Positions 1 through 8,997 of a stretch of DNA of 64,000 nt are shown in pieces; position 1 is the stretch's first letter; each line of letters begins with the position of its first letter. The notes under the pieces are model-generated. The model was not told the DNA's origin and made no database searches. It saw only the letters and a list, made by a program, of their open reading frames with translations. A program made the translations under genes and the position numbers. Origin of the DNA: Minisyncoccia bacterium (GTDB lineage Bacteria > Patescibacteriota > Minisyncoccia > Phycocordibacterales > Phycocordibacteraceae); the NCBI GenBank assembly GCA_038912545.1, contig JBCLFD010000001.1:18956-82955 (forward strand), given 5' to 3'.

Positions 1-1120
1 CGACGAGCTCTCCTCGTTCAAACCTCACCACATCGAGTGGAAAGAGGTGAAAGACGAGAAAGACCTCGACGGCGTTCCGGAGAAGTTCGTCAAGAAAGTC
101 GGCAAGGCGACGCACTACGTCGTGAAAGTGCCGAACGTCTACGACGGCTTAGCCTCTGGCGACACCGTTGCCATGGTGCTCGGCGGCTCGGGCGATTGCT
201 TGGCATACGCCCTTGCCAATCGTGGCGAAGAGCTCGGCGCGCGGGTTCTGCGTCTGCCGCCCTTCGTGCTTTCGAAAAAACGCGATGAGCGGCGTGCGGT
301 GCTTAGCGTAAAGGGGGAAGAGTCGAAAAAGAAAGACGACGACGCCACCTTGCTCGCTGAGCTCGCCTCCGGTCAGCCCCATCTGTTTTACACGGTGGAG
401 CAGGCCGACCGCGATCTTATCTGGCTTCGCGAGTGCCTTCGGGCACGGACGGACGCCATGAAGGCGCGCATCGCCTGCGAGCAACGGCTCCGCCAGCGGG
501 TTATCGGCTCGGTGTTCTGCACCGAAGCCGGAAAATTTCCCGCCGGCGGCATCGAGAAGTTTTTCGACGAGAAGAAAGCAAGCGATGTGATTCTCGTGGC
601 GCTCGAAAAAGAAGAAGCATCTGCCGAACGCTCACTTGCGAAGGCGACCGAAAAACTCGCCATCTACAGCGAAGTACTCGGCAAGGTCGAAGGCTGTGGA
701 GTGATGATTGCCTCGCGCATCATCGCCTCGGTCATCGACATCCGGCGTTTCGAAACGGATGCGAAGCTGAAGGCCTTCATGGGCGCCCACGTGCAGGAAG
801 ATGGCCGTTTCCCGCGCAAGCGCACAGGGACTGTCGCCAACTGGCACAACGACGCGCGGCAGGCGCTCTATCTCATCGGAGATCAGTTCAACAAGCGCCC
901 GAATTCGTACTGGGGAAAATACCAGCGTGCGATGAAGGCAAACTTGCGTGGCCGCCATCCGGAAGTGGTCGTCGAGAACGGCAAGAAACGTTACACCGAC
1001 GCGCACATCCTCAAAATGGCCAGCTGGCGGACGCTTACGCGTTTCATCGAATGGCTTTTCAAAGAGTGGTGGGCGCTGGAGCGGGCGCGTTCCGCGATTC
1101 CGCTTCGCAAGGCGGCGTAA
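1..1120 (+). CDS. IS110-related Nop-domain protein (RuvC-like fold + coiled coil + Nop/Transposase_20 domain), TasR-like; 5' truncated by the window edge
   Basis: Frame +2 is open from base 2 (DELSSFKPHHIEWKEVK...). KKKDDDATLLA resembles IS110 KTDxxDAxxLA. GKVEGCGVMIASRIIASVIDIRRFETDAKLKAFMG is the HhH/Transposase_20 (Nop) signature. C-terminus reads HILKMASWRTLTRFIEWLFKEW. Dual-spacer stem-loops follow directly. Confidence 0.8.
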   Translation, partial: DELSSFKPHHIEWKEVKDEKDLDGVPEKFVKKVGKATHYVVKVPNVYDGLASGDTVAMVLGGSGDCLAYALANRGEELGARVLRLPPFVLSKKRDERRAVLSVKGEESKKKDDDATLLAELASGQPHLFYTVEQADRDLIWLRECLRARTDAMKARIACEQRLRQRVIGSVFCTEAGKFPAGGIEKFFDEKKASDVILVALEKEEASAERSLAKATEKLAIYSEVLGKVEGCGVMIASRIIASVIDIRRFETDAKLKAFMGAHVQEDGRFPRKRTGTVANWHNDARQALYLIGDQFNKRPNSYWGKYQRAMKANLRGRHPEVVVENGKKRYTDAHILKMASWRTLTRFIEWLFKEWWALERARSAIPLRKAA

Positions 1121-1126
1121 GGAAAT

Positions 1127-1254
1127 AGGTTTGGAGCGGGACGATGCCGCAATTGCTTGCAAAAAGCGATCTCTCTACTGTCCCGCCCCACCTTTTTAAT
1201 TAACAGACGATACTGGCGCTGTTACCTCAACGAAAAGTTCTTTGTCTGTTAATT
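1127..1254 (+). ncRNA. Two-unit stem-loop TIGR-like guide RNA array (putative tigRNAs)
   Basis: Unit 1: stem GCGGGAC(1136-1142)/GTCCCGC(1180-1186) enclosing CGA-TGCCGCAAT-TG-hairpin-CGA-TCTCTCTAC-TG. Unit 2: stem AATTAACAGAC(1198-1208)/GTCTGTTAATT(1244-1254) enclosing CGA-TACTGGCGC-TG-hairpin-CGA-AAAGTTCTT-TG. Confidence 0.8.
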
Positions 1255-1284
1255 GCCCCGCTAGCGATAGCGGGGTTTATTTTT
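1255..1284 (+). terminator. Rho-independent terminator closing the Tas/TIGR unit
   Basis: GCCCCGCTA-GCGA-TAGCGGGGT hairpin followed by TTATTTTT. Confidence 0.75.
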
Positions 1285-1310
1285 GTAATGTTATAGTTAT
1301 TTCCAATAAC

Positions 1311-2462
1311 ATGCGTACCGTTCGCGATATACGAGTGCTTGAGAATATTCCCGTATTGGTGCGCACGGCATTGAACGTGCCGGTAGAGAATGCGGGCGTC
1401 ATAAATGATTATCGTCTGCGCCGTGCCGTACCGACCATTCAATTTCTTGCGAATAAGGGTGCGCGCGTGGTGCTTATAAGCCACATCGGCGAGCGTGGCA
1501 CCGAGACGCTTGCTCCAGTTGTTGAAGTGCTCAAACGACTCGTGCCAAATGTGTCCTTCTGTCCTGAAACGGTCGGTGAAGGTGCACGCAAAGCGGTGCG
1601 CGAACTGGCACCAGGTTCTATCCTCGTCCTAGAAAATCTCCGGCGACACGCGGGGGAACGAGCAAATGATTCTGCCTTCGCGCGCGAACTCGCCGAGCTC
1701 GCCGACGTATTTGTTCAAGATTCTTTCGATACGTGCCACCGTTCTCACGCATCAATCATCGGCGTCCCTCAATTGCTCCCCTCATATGCTGGCTTTCTGC
1801 TTGAAGAAGAAGTCACCGCGCTCCAAGGAGCTCTCACTCCGCCCACGCCGTCGCTCGCGATTATCGGCGGAGCGAAATCTAGTACGAAAGAAGTCCTGCT
1901 CGCACAACTCATTACGATTTATACGCATGTATTCGTGGGTGGTGCGCTCGCGCATGATTTTTTAAAAGCAGATGGTCAAGAAGTGGGGAAGTCCCTTGTC
2001 TCCAGCACCGACTTTTCACCGCTTACGGCACTTCTTAAGAACAAGAAGCTCATACTCCCTATTGATTCAATAGTCATCCCCGCATCTGCGGAAGGCAAGG
2101 CGGATGCCCGCGGACAGGCGCGCGTGCGCGGACAAGGCGAAGTACAGCCGGACGAAATCATTTTGGACCACGGTCCCGCCACGCGCGCTCTGCTCGTCGA
2201 CTTTGTGAAGAAGTCAAAAGGCATTCTCTGGAACGGCCCGTTAGGGAATTATGAAAATGGATTCATTGATGCGACTGATGCGCTCGCGCGCGCCATCAGT
2301 GTGTCTGGCGCGCATTCGGTCGTCGGCGGGGGCGATACAGTCGCCTCAATTCAGAACCTCGGTCTTCTCTCGCACTTCTCTTTCGTCTCCACGGGCGGGG
2401 GTGCAATGCTTGAATTTCTCGCCAAAGGATCCCTCCCCGGCATTGAAGCATTAGGAAACTGA
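1311..2462 (+). CDS. pgk: Phosphoglycerate kinase
   Basis: LENLR, IIGGAK, WNGPLG, GGGDT, VSTGGGAMLEFL motifs; ATG at 1311 chosen. Confidence 0.92.
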   Translation: MRTVRDIRVLENIPVLVRTALNVPVENAGVINDYRLRRAVPTIQFLANKGARVVLISHIGERGTETLAPVVEVLKRLVPNVSFCPETVGEGARKAVRELAPGSILVLENLRRHAGERANDSAFARELAELADVFVQDSFDTCHRSHASIIGVPQLLPSYAGFLLEEEVTALQGALTPPTPSLAIIGGAKSSTKEVLLAQLITIYTHVFVGGALAHDFLKADGQEVGKSLVSSTDFSPLTALLKNKKLILPIDSIVIPASAEGKADARGQARVRGQGEVQPDEIILDHGPATRALLVDFVKKSKGILWNGPLGNYENGFIDATDALARAISVSGAHSVVGGGDTVASIQNLGLLSHFSFVSTGGGAMLEFLAKGSLPGIEALGN

Positions 2463-2780
2463 TGTGTCGTTGAACTTCCTTGGAATGAGATGCATATGCA
2501 CGTGCGGGACATCTTTCCCTACAATGGAGAGTTGTACGTAATCGGCATTCATTTTTTCCTTCAATTCCGCTGCGAGTTTTCGTGCGACTTTAAAAAGATC
2601 GTTCGCAACATCGTCAGGCAATTCCCAGAACCACGTATAGTGTGCCGCTGGAACCACAAGTGTATGGCCCGGCCACACCGGATGATAATCGGGAAACGAA
2701 ACAATCTTGTCGTCCTCGTGATGCGCTTTTTCACTTGGAACTTCACCCGCAATTATCTTGCAAAAGATGCATTCTTTCAT
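2451..2780 (-). CDS. HIT family protein
   Basis: CIFCKII N-terminus and VPHVHMHLIPR histidine triad. Confidence 0.92.
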   Translation of the reverse strand: MKECIFCKIIAGEVPSEKAHHEDDKIVSFPDYHPVWPGHTLVVPAAHYTWFWELPDDVANDLFKVARKLAAELKEKMNADYVQLSIVGKDVPHVHMHLIPRKFNDTSVS

Positions 2781-2806
2781 TACTAAACAGTATACAATGG
2801 CGTGAC

Positions 2807-4531
2807 ATGTTTCCGTTACACGACTCACTTGATGAAAAGATACGAAAAGAACTGGGCGCATATGACGATCTGACTGCCGCATTACTGTCGCGGCGCGGAG
2901 TGGTGACGAAAGCAGATGCGCAAATGTATTTACAACCGTCATACGATTTGCATCTGCACGATCCACTTATGATGACGGACATGCCGAAAGCCGCCGAGCG
3001 GCTTTCCCGTGCAATTCTTTCAGGAGAAAAAATTGCGGTGTGGAGCGACTACGACTGCGACGGCATTCCGGGCGCGGTCCTGCTCCACGATTTTTTGAAA
3101 AAAGTCGGTGCACAATTTGAAAATTATATTCCGCATCGACACTTAGAAGGGTACGGAATGAATGTGGCCGGCGTGGAGAAGCTGGCAAAAAATGGCGTCA
3201 CATTAATTGTGACGGTTGACTCGGGCATTACCGATGTCGCGCCAGTGACTCGTGCGAATGAGCTTGGTATAGAAGTCATCGTCACTGACCATCACTTGCC
3301 AGGTGAAACATTGCCACCCGCATACGCCGTGGTGAATCCAAATGCTCGCCCCGATGAAAAATATTTGTACAAAAGTTTGTGCGGTTCGGGCGTCGCATGG
3401 AAGCTCGTCTGCGCCGTGCTCGCTACCAATCCGATAGTGCGTGAACGGGTTCCTGTCGGCTGGGAGAAATGGTTGCTGGACATGGTCGGGCTCGCGACTA
3501 TTGCGGACATGGTGCCTCTCACTGGCGAAAACCGTTTACTTGCTACGTATGGACTGCTCGTTATGCGAAAGTCACCGCGGCTCGGTCTACAGAAACTCTG
3601 TCGCGGAGCGCGCGTTGAACAACGAAACATATCAGAAGACGACGTTGGCTTTATGATTGCACCTCGGGTGAATGCTGCGAGCCGTATGGGGGATGCGCGC
3701 GACGTCTTCACGCTCTTCACGACTACCAATGAATCAGAGGCCGACGAGCTTGTTAAAAAATTAGAGAAAGCGAACAGAGAGAGAAAAGCATCTGCTGGTG
3801 CTATCACGCGCGCCGTGCATACGCGAATCAGGGAGAATGGCGCCGTTGCCGATATCATCGTACTCGGCGACCCCGAGTGGCGACCTGGACTGCTCGGCCT
3901 CGTCGCGAACACGATTGCCGAGGAATATGAGCGTCCTGTTTTTCTCTGGGGACGTGAAGGGAATATGAGCATAAAGGGGTCGGTGCGGAGCGGAGAAGTG
4001 CATGCGCTCCACCTTATGCGTTCGGCCGGTGATGTGTTTGTTGAATTCGGCGGACATGCCGCGGCGGGCGGTTTCACTGTGCGTGATGGCGCAGTTTTCT
4101 CTCTAGAAGAGCGCCTGATGAAAGCGCACGCAGAACTTCGCGCGAGGGTGGCAGACGAGGACCCGCTCGTCGCGCGTGCGGATGCGGAACTCAATCTTGA
4201 AGAAATTTCTCCATCGTTCTTTGAGAAGGTCTCTCTGCTCGCCCCCTTCGGCATGGAGAACCCAAAACCTTTGTTTCTGCTCCGCAACGTTGTTGTGAAC
4301 AATATTTCCACATTCGGAAAAGCGAATGAACATCTTAAATTGAATATTGGAACCGAAACGGGCAATCGGTCATTTGACGCCGTGACTTTTTTTGCAAAAG
4401 GAAACATTGCGCGTGTAGCAAAAATGCTGACCCGTGGAGGTCACGCGCATCTGCTCGCACACATAGAACGCGATTCTTTTTCCCGCGCACATCCGATTCG
4501 CCTGCGACTGATTGATATCCGCGCGGTATAA
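2807..4531 (+). CDS. recJ: ssDNA-specific exonuclease RecJ
   Basis: DYDCDG, TVDSG, TDHH, PRVNAASR, GGHAAAGG, PFGMENP. Confidence 0.95.
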   Translation: MFPLHDSLDEKIRKELGAYDDLTAALLSRRGVVTKADAQMYLQPSYDLHLHDPLMMTDMPKAAERLSRAILSGEKIAVWSDYDCDGIPGAVLLHDFLKKVGAQFENYIPHRHLEGYGMNVAGVEKLAKNGVTLIVTVDSGITDVAPVTRANELGIEVIVTDHHLPGETLPPAYAVVNPNARPDEKYLYKSLCGSGVAWKLVCAVLATNPIVRERVPVGWEKWLLDMVGLATIADMVPLTGENRLLATYGLLVMRKSPRLGLQKLCRGARVEQRNISEDDVGFMIAPRVNAASRMGDARDVFTLFTTTNESEADELVKKLEKANRERKASAGAITRAVHTRIRENGAVADIIVLGDPEWRPGLLGLVANTIAEEYERPVFLWGREGNMSIKGSVRSGEVHALHLMRSAGDVFVEFGGHAAAGGFTVRDGAVFSLEERLMKAHAELRARVADEDPLVARADAELNLEEISPSFFEKVSLLAPFGMENPKPLFLLRNVVVNNISTFGKANEHLKLNIGTETGNRSFDAVTFFAKGNIARVAKMLTRGGHAHLLAHIERDSFSRAHPIRLRLIDIRAV

Positions 4532-4539
4532 TTCACCCG

Positions 4540-4959
4540 ATGAAATTCACCATCCATGCCGACGGGGGAGCGAGGGGGAATCCGGGGCCCTCCGGAGCGG
4601 GTGCGATGATACGCGATGAGCTCGGCAATTCGGTCAGAGCGGTCTCTGCCTACCTCGGACATCGCACTAATAACTATGCTGAATATGAAGCGGTCATTCG
4701 CGCATTTGATGAATTGCTTAAACTGGTGCCGGCAGGCAAACGTAACAAAACAGAAGTCGCAGTAAAAATGGACAGTGAATTGGTCGTGAAGCAAATGCGT
4801 GGAGAATATAAAGTGAAGCATCCGGTCTTGAAAGAACAGTACGCGCGACTCGTACACAACATCGGTGCATTCGGCAAAGTCACGTTTATGCACGTCTTCC
4901 GCGAAGAAAACTCTGACGCCGACGCCCTCGCGAACGCCGCGATGGATAGGGGAGCATGA
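4540..4959 (+). CDS. rnhA: Ribonuclease HI family protein
   Basis: ADGGARGNPG, TNNYAEY, DSELVVKQ, RE.NS.AD.LAN. Confidence 0.9.
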   Translation: MKFTIHADGGARGNPGPSGAGAMIRDELGNSVRAVSAYLGHRTNNYAEYEAVIRAFDELLKLVPAGKRNKTEVAVKMDSELVVKQMRGEYKVKHPVLKEQYARLVHNIGAFGKVTFMHVFREENSDADALANAAMDRGA

Positions 4960-6509
4960 TCGGACTTGTTGCTATCGTTACGGGTTTTGCGAGCGGGATA
5001 TTTTCCCGCTCGTTGCTTTTTGAGAGTTGGTGGCCGATATTTTTTGCGCTCTTGCTCGCGCTTATATTTTTTGTCGCAAGTTTTCTAACGACGCGCCGAG
5101 CGTACACGCTCGGCGCGTTGTTTTGTATGTGCCTCGTGCTCGGCGGATTGCGTGCTGGGCTCGCCGAGTCGCCGTTACCGAGCACCTTTCTCGCCGACCT
5201 GAAGCATCGCGTCACGTATGAGGCGCTCGTCGTGGGCGATCCTGACCTGCGCGATACGAATCAGCGTGTCGCACTCTTGGTTACGAAAGGAGATGCAAAA
5301 GTAAAAATGCTCGCGGTCGCGTCGCGCACGTCGGAAGTGAAGGTGGGAGACACGGTCAACGTCTCCGGCACGCTCTCGGTCCCCGAATCGTTTGCTGACG
5401 ACAATGGTCGTATTTTTCGTTACGACAAATATCTGGAGCGCGACGGCATTCGCTTTATGCTGAATTTCGCCTATCTGCGTGTCGTGCAGACGGCTCCACG
5501 ATATTCCATACCTGCTGTGCTTGCGCGAATAAAACATTCATTCCTTGACGGACTCCAAGCATCCTTGCCGGAGCCATACGCATCGCTTGCAGGAGGAGTC
5601 GTGATAGGAGGAAAGTCCGGTCTTGGAAATGAACTGAAAGATGCGTTCACGCGCTCGGGGCTCGTGCATATCGTCGTGCTCTCGGGCCACAACGTAATGA
5701 TTGTTGCGAGTTGGGCGATTGCATTCTTTATTTTCTTCTTCGCCCGAGCCGAAACTATCTTTAGAGTTCGCATCCCGCGCGGTGCAAGCATCGTAGCCGG
5801 AGCACTTGCGCTCATTCTCTTCGTCGGCATCGCGGGATTCTCGGCGACGGCAATCCGCGCGGCGCTCATGGCTCTCATCGCGCTCTATGCTCGGGCGACC
5901 GGCCGGACCTATGCGGCCGGTCGCGCGCTCCTTGTTGTTATTTTTCTTATGCTCCTTTGGAATCCCCTCTATCTCGTTTTTGACCCAGGATTCGGTCTCT
6001 CAGTTGTCGCCACTGCAGGGCTCATCTGGCTTGCGCCTATCATTGATACGTTTTTGCCGATGAGAAATGCTTTCTTGAAAAATATATTGGCAACAGCGCT
6101 CGCGGCGCAAGTCGCCGTTCTCCCTCTTCTTTTGTACTTCACTGGCAATCTCTCACTCGTCGCCATTCCCGCAAATATTGTTGCCGCGCTCGTGGTTCCG
6201 TTTGCCATGGCGTTTTCTTATCTCGCCGGCTTCGGCGGAATACTCTTCGGTTCGACTGCGCTCACCGCAGGCGGCTCCTCTACAGCGTTTCTCGCCATCA
6301 TTCTTGGCATGCCCGCGTATGGTGCGGCGACGGCCCTCATTGAGCTCGCACGAGCGAGCGCAGCGCTTCCATTCGCCGCTGTTATGCTCCCGCCCTTCCC
6401 ATTTTGGCTCGTACTTCTCGCGTATACGGCGCTTATTTATTTCGTTGCGTCGTCGTATCGTTTCTCAACGACTGACCAATTAAGGTTCGCGAAAAATGCA
6501 TCCACGTAA
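4956..6509 (+). CDS. comEC: ComEC/Rec2 competence channel (OB-fold + competence domain, no fused beta-lactamase domain)
   Basis: FTRSGLVHIVVLSGHNV, SATAIRAALM, DPGFGLS; multi-TM. Confidence 0.9.
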   Translation: MIGLVAIVTGFASGIFSRSLLFESWWPIFFALLLALIFFVASFLTTRRAYTLGALFCMCLVLGGLRAGLAESPLPSTFLADLKHRVTYEALVVGDPDLRDTNQRVALLVTKGDAKVKMLAVASRTSEVKVGDTVNVSGTLSVPESFADDNGRIFRYDKYLERDGIRFMLNFAYLRVVQTAPRYSIPAVLARIKHSFLDGLQASLPEPYASLAGGVVIGGKSGLGNELKDAFTRSGLVHIVVLSGHNVMIVASWAIAFFIFFFARAETIFRVRIPRGASIVAGALALILFVGIAGFSATAIRAALMALIALYARATGRTYAAGRALLVVIFLMLLWNPLYLVFDPGFGLSVVATAGLIWLAPIIDTFLPMRNAFLKNILATALAAQVAVLPLLLYFTGNLSLVAIPANIVAALVVPFAMAFSYLAGFGGILFGSTALTAGGSSTAFLAIILGMPAYGAATALIELARASAALPFAAVMLPPFPFWLVLLAYTALIYFVASSYRFSTTDQLRFAKNAST

Positions 6510-7030
6510 TTCTTTTTATCTGCCGGCACATAATCAACCATAAAGGCGTGCTCCCACATATCCAGTGCGAGAAGTATCGGGAGCCCGGCAAGCTGGCCGA
6601 TCTCATGATCACCCACGAACACAGTATGTAATGTCTTGCCCACGGCATCGTAGTACACGATGACCCAACCGATACCGCGCGTCCCCGCAACTTCTTTCAC
6701 ATGTCCTTCTAACCCCGCGTCGCCATATTTTTCTTTCGCCATTTTTGCCAGACCGCCTTCTGCTTTCTGCATACTGCCTACTGTTTCTAGCTGTTCAAAA
6801 TAATATTCATGCATGCGCATACCGTCAAACTCAAAAGCGAAACGCCGGCGCAATTCGGCGACGGGGTATGGGTCAAGTTCAAGCGTCCCTGCTCGCACGG
6901 CTCCGAGTTTTTCTGCAATTAGATTCGCATGCTTCACATAGCCCTCATAGAGACCGAGATGCACTTTGATTTGTTTTTCTGAAAGTCCCGTCAGTACGGG
7001 GAGGTTAAATGCTTTTGGTTGGTAGGTCAT
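6437..7030 (-). CDS. Fe/Mn superoxide dismutase family protein
   Basis: H.GLYEGYV, GMRMHEYYF, GIGW, DMWEHAF. Confidence 0.88.
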   Translation of the reverse strand: MTYQPKAFNLPVLTGLSEKQIKVHLGLYEGYVKHANLIAEKLGAVRAGTLELDPYPVAELRRRFAFEFDGMRMHEYYFEQLETVGSMQKAEGGLAKMAKEKYGDAGLEGHVKEVAGTRGIGWVIVYYDAVGKTLHTVFVGDHEIGQLAGLPILLALDMWEHAFMVDYVPADKKNYVDAFFANLNWSVVEKRYDDATK

Positions 7031-7051
7031 GGGACGCATTATACTAGAATT

Positions 7052-7642
7052 ATGATTCGCTCGCTCTCGCGAACTATTCTCGTCTTGGTCATTATCGGAT
7101 TGACTGCAATAAATGCGTTGGTGTGGCGCACCGCACTTGCACCGCGCGTTTTGACTGTGACGATATTTGAAACGGGGAAGGGGAAGGCCGTTCTCGCGAC
7201 AACTCCTTCTGGTCGTACGTTGCTAATTGATAACAATTCTGACGCGAGCATTCTGCGTTCTCTCGGTAGTACACTCCCGCCTTGGCGCCGCTCGCTTGAT
7301 GTCGTCATTCCCCTCAAAGTTGGCGCGGGTCTCTCTGAAGTCCAAAATCGCTATCACATCACACGTCTTATGCGCTCGCTCACTCGCGGACAACGCATCA
7401 ACTTTCACGACGGCACTTTCATAGATGTCCTGTGGCCCCCGAACAAAGTGGGCGAGGCTCCAGTATTCCTCTTGTCTTACGGCACCACCTCTTTCCTCAT
7501 CAAGCCGCTTATATCAGCGCGTACCGAAAAATATCTCGCTTCTATTTCTTCATCTCTCCCTTCGCCCTCTTTTGTTATCTCCTCCAGCACCCCTGCTGGC
7601 GTTTTCATCTCAAACGGCGTCACGGTCTCAACCAACAAATAA
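7052..7642 (+). CDS. Degenerate ComEC-type metallo-beta-lactamase-fold protein (stand-alone C-terminal ComEC domain)
   Basis: N-terminal TM; LTVTIFETGKGKAVLATTPSGRTLLID, LPPWRRSLD and IDVLWP resemble the ComEC MBL domain but HxHxDH is absent. Confidence 0.65.
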   Translation: MIRSLSRTILVLVIIGLTAINALVWRTALAPRVLTVTIFETGKGKAVLATTPSGRTLLIDNNSDASILRSLGSTLPPWRRSLDVVIPLKVGAGLSEVQNRYHITRLMRSLTRGQRINFHDGTFIDVLWPPNKVGEAPVFLLSYGTTSFLIKPLISARTEKYLASISSSLPSPSFVISSSTPAGVFISNGVTVSTNK

Positions 7643-7751
7643 ACATATCCCAAATAATCCACGGTCGTAGCATTTATGGGATATATCTCGTGTACCTTAA
7701 TTCACGCTATAGCGTAAATTAAGGTTATGTGGAGTTTGATATAATGGTTTT

Positions 7752-8426
7752 ATGGGAATGGAAGGCGAAAAGATAAATTTGAATCGTAGGGAATTTCTTA
7801 AAGTTCTTGGTGCCACGGCCGTTACTGGGATGTTGCCTATAGAAGATGCTGGAGCCGTTGAAAAAAAGAAACCGATATCACCGAGCTTGAGAGGTTCACC
7901 TGAATCACAGAGGAGACAGAACGAGAAAGCCGACAAAGTGAACCTCTCTCGTATCAAGGATGATGCTCAACTGGAAAAGTTTAAGGAATTGAAATTGCTT
8001 GTTCCAATTCCGCAGAACGAGACAGTTCAGATTGATCCTCGACTAGCAGAAAAGTGGCGCTGGGTTCGTCCGTGGACAACAAAATTTCTCAAAGATATCG
8101 GGCGAGAATACTATAGCCAATTCAAAAAACCGATACAGGTAAATTCTGCGGTGCGAACAGTGGAGCGCCAGAACGAACTGCGGGGTACAAACAGAAATGC
8201 GGCGTCAACTGAAGGAGATAAAAAATCATCCCATCTGACTGGTGCGGCTATTGATATTGCGAAGATAGGAATGTCACCCACAGAGCTTGTGTGGATGCGT
8301 AATCGATTGCTCGCTCTTGAGAAACGCGCATTAATTGAAGCAACCGAGGAGAGAAGGCAGCTTGTTTTTCATATCATGGTGTTCAAAAACTACTCCCGTG
8401 TGGGGAGTGTTTCGAAAACTAAATAA
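7752..8426 (+). CDS. Tat-signal secreted peptidase M15-like (DUF5715-like) protein
   Basis: NRREFLK twin-arginine signal; NSAVRT...Q and SSHLTGAAIDI (LAS-type H-x6-D), FHI. Confidence 0.7.
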   Translation: MGMEGEKINLNRREFLKVLGATAVTGMLPIEDAGAVEKKKPISPSLRGSPESQRRQNEKADKVNLSRIKDDAQLEKFKELKLLVPIPQNETVQIDPRLAEKWRWVRPWTTKFLKDIGREYYSQFKKPIQVNSAVRTVERQNELRGTNRNAASTEGDKKSSHLTGAAIDIAKIGMSPTELVWMRNRLLALEKRALIEATEERRQLVFHIMVFKNYSRVGSVSKTK

Positions 8427-8458
8427 CCCCGACTTTTGAGAGCGCGGCAAAGGCACCG

Positions 8459-8731
8459 TTAACGGCGTTTTTCCATCTCTTGGTACACGACAGAACGGTG
8501 AAGAATGGCGAAAATGAGAACTTTGCTAGATTGAATACGAAAAACAACTCGGTAGTCGCCGACACGGAGCTTGCGATATCCCTTCAGAGAACGGCGCAAT
8601 GGTCTGCCAAAGAAGTCAGGGCTCGTGGTGAGCTTTTCATCAATCGCGTCGCGAATCTTTTCTCGCCATGCTGGCGCGAGGTGGGGGATGTCGAACTTAA
8701 CGACGATGTCGCGATAAACAACTTCAAACAT
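8459..8731 (-). CDS. RelE/ParE family toxin
   Basis: GRPLRRSLKGYRKLRVGDYRVVF...ILHRSVVY; TAATG coupling to the upstream antitoxin. Confidence 0.9.
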   Translation of the reverse strand: MFEVVYRDIVVKFDIPHLAPAWREKIRDAIDEKLTTSPDFFGRPLRRSLKGYRKLRVGDYRVVFRIQSSKVLIFAILHRSVVYQEMEKRR

Positions 8732-8952
8732 TAGCGCCATGCCTCTTCGTGAGAAATGAATGTGGCGCCCTTCGTATCACGACTCATTGCAACGAAATTC
8801 AGCACTTCGTCCTCTTCAAGCTCAAGTGCCTTTATCAACAGGTGTTCGGCTTTCGTCGCTTGAGGCATCTGATCGCGTTTCGCGAGCCGTCCAAGCATAG
8901 TATCGAGCTCGCGAGAGACACTGATATTAATACGTTTCTTGGTAGTAGCCAT
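8731..8952 (-). CDS. Ribbon-helix-helix antitoxin
   Basis: KKRINISV beta-ribbon, acidic ELEED, C-terminal ISHEEAW; directly upstream of the toxin. Confidence 0.8.
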   Translation of the reverse strand: MATTKKRINISVSRELDTMLGRLAKRDQMPQATKAEHLLIKALELEEDEVLNFVAMSRDTKGATFISHEEAWR

Positions 8953-8997
8953 ATACTAAAGTGTATCAGAAGTGTATCACCTGTGCAACTTCTTCCC

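Noticed and set aside
1-1120. Ordinary IS110 insertion sequence
   Set aside because: The catalytic Glu and Ser motifs are not evident, and the downstream RNA has two independent 9+9 spacer units with a terminator, which fits TIGR-like guides better. Not fully excluded because the 5' end is missing.
3292-4407. Long antisense ORFs (also 45255-46097, 35974-36648, 29241-29900)
   Set aside because: Shadows of recJ, pilM, ABC-F and polA with no recognisable motifs.
7800-7808. Exact match to unit-2 spacer B (AAAGTTCTT) as a self-target
   Set aside because: A single 9-mer is expected by chance in 64 kb, and the adjacent bases do not match spacer A. I found no full 18-bp target by eye.
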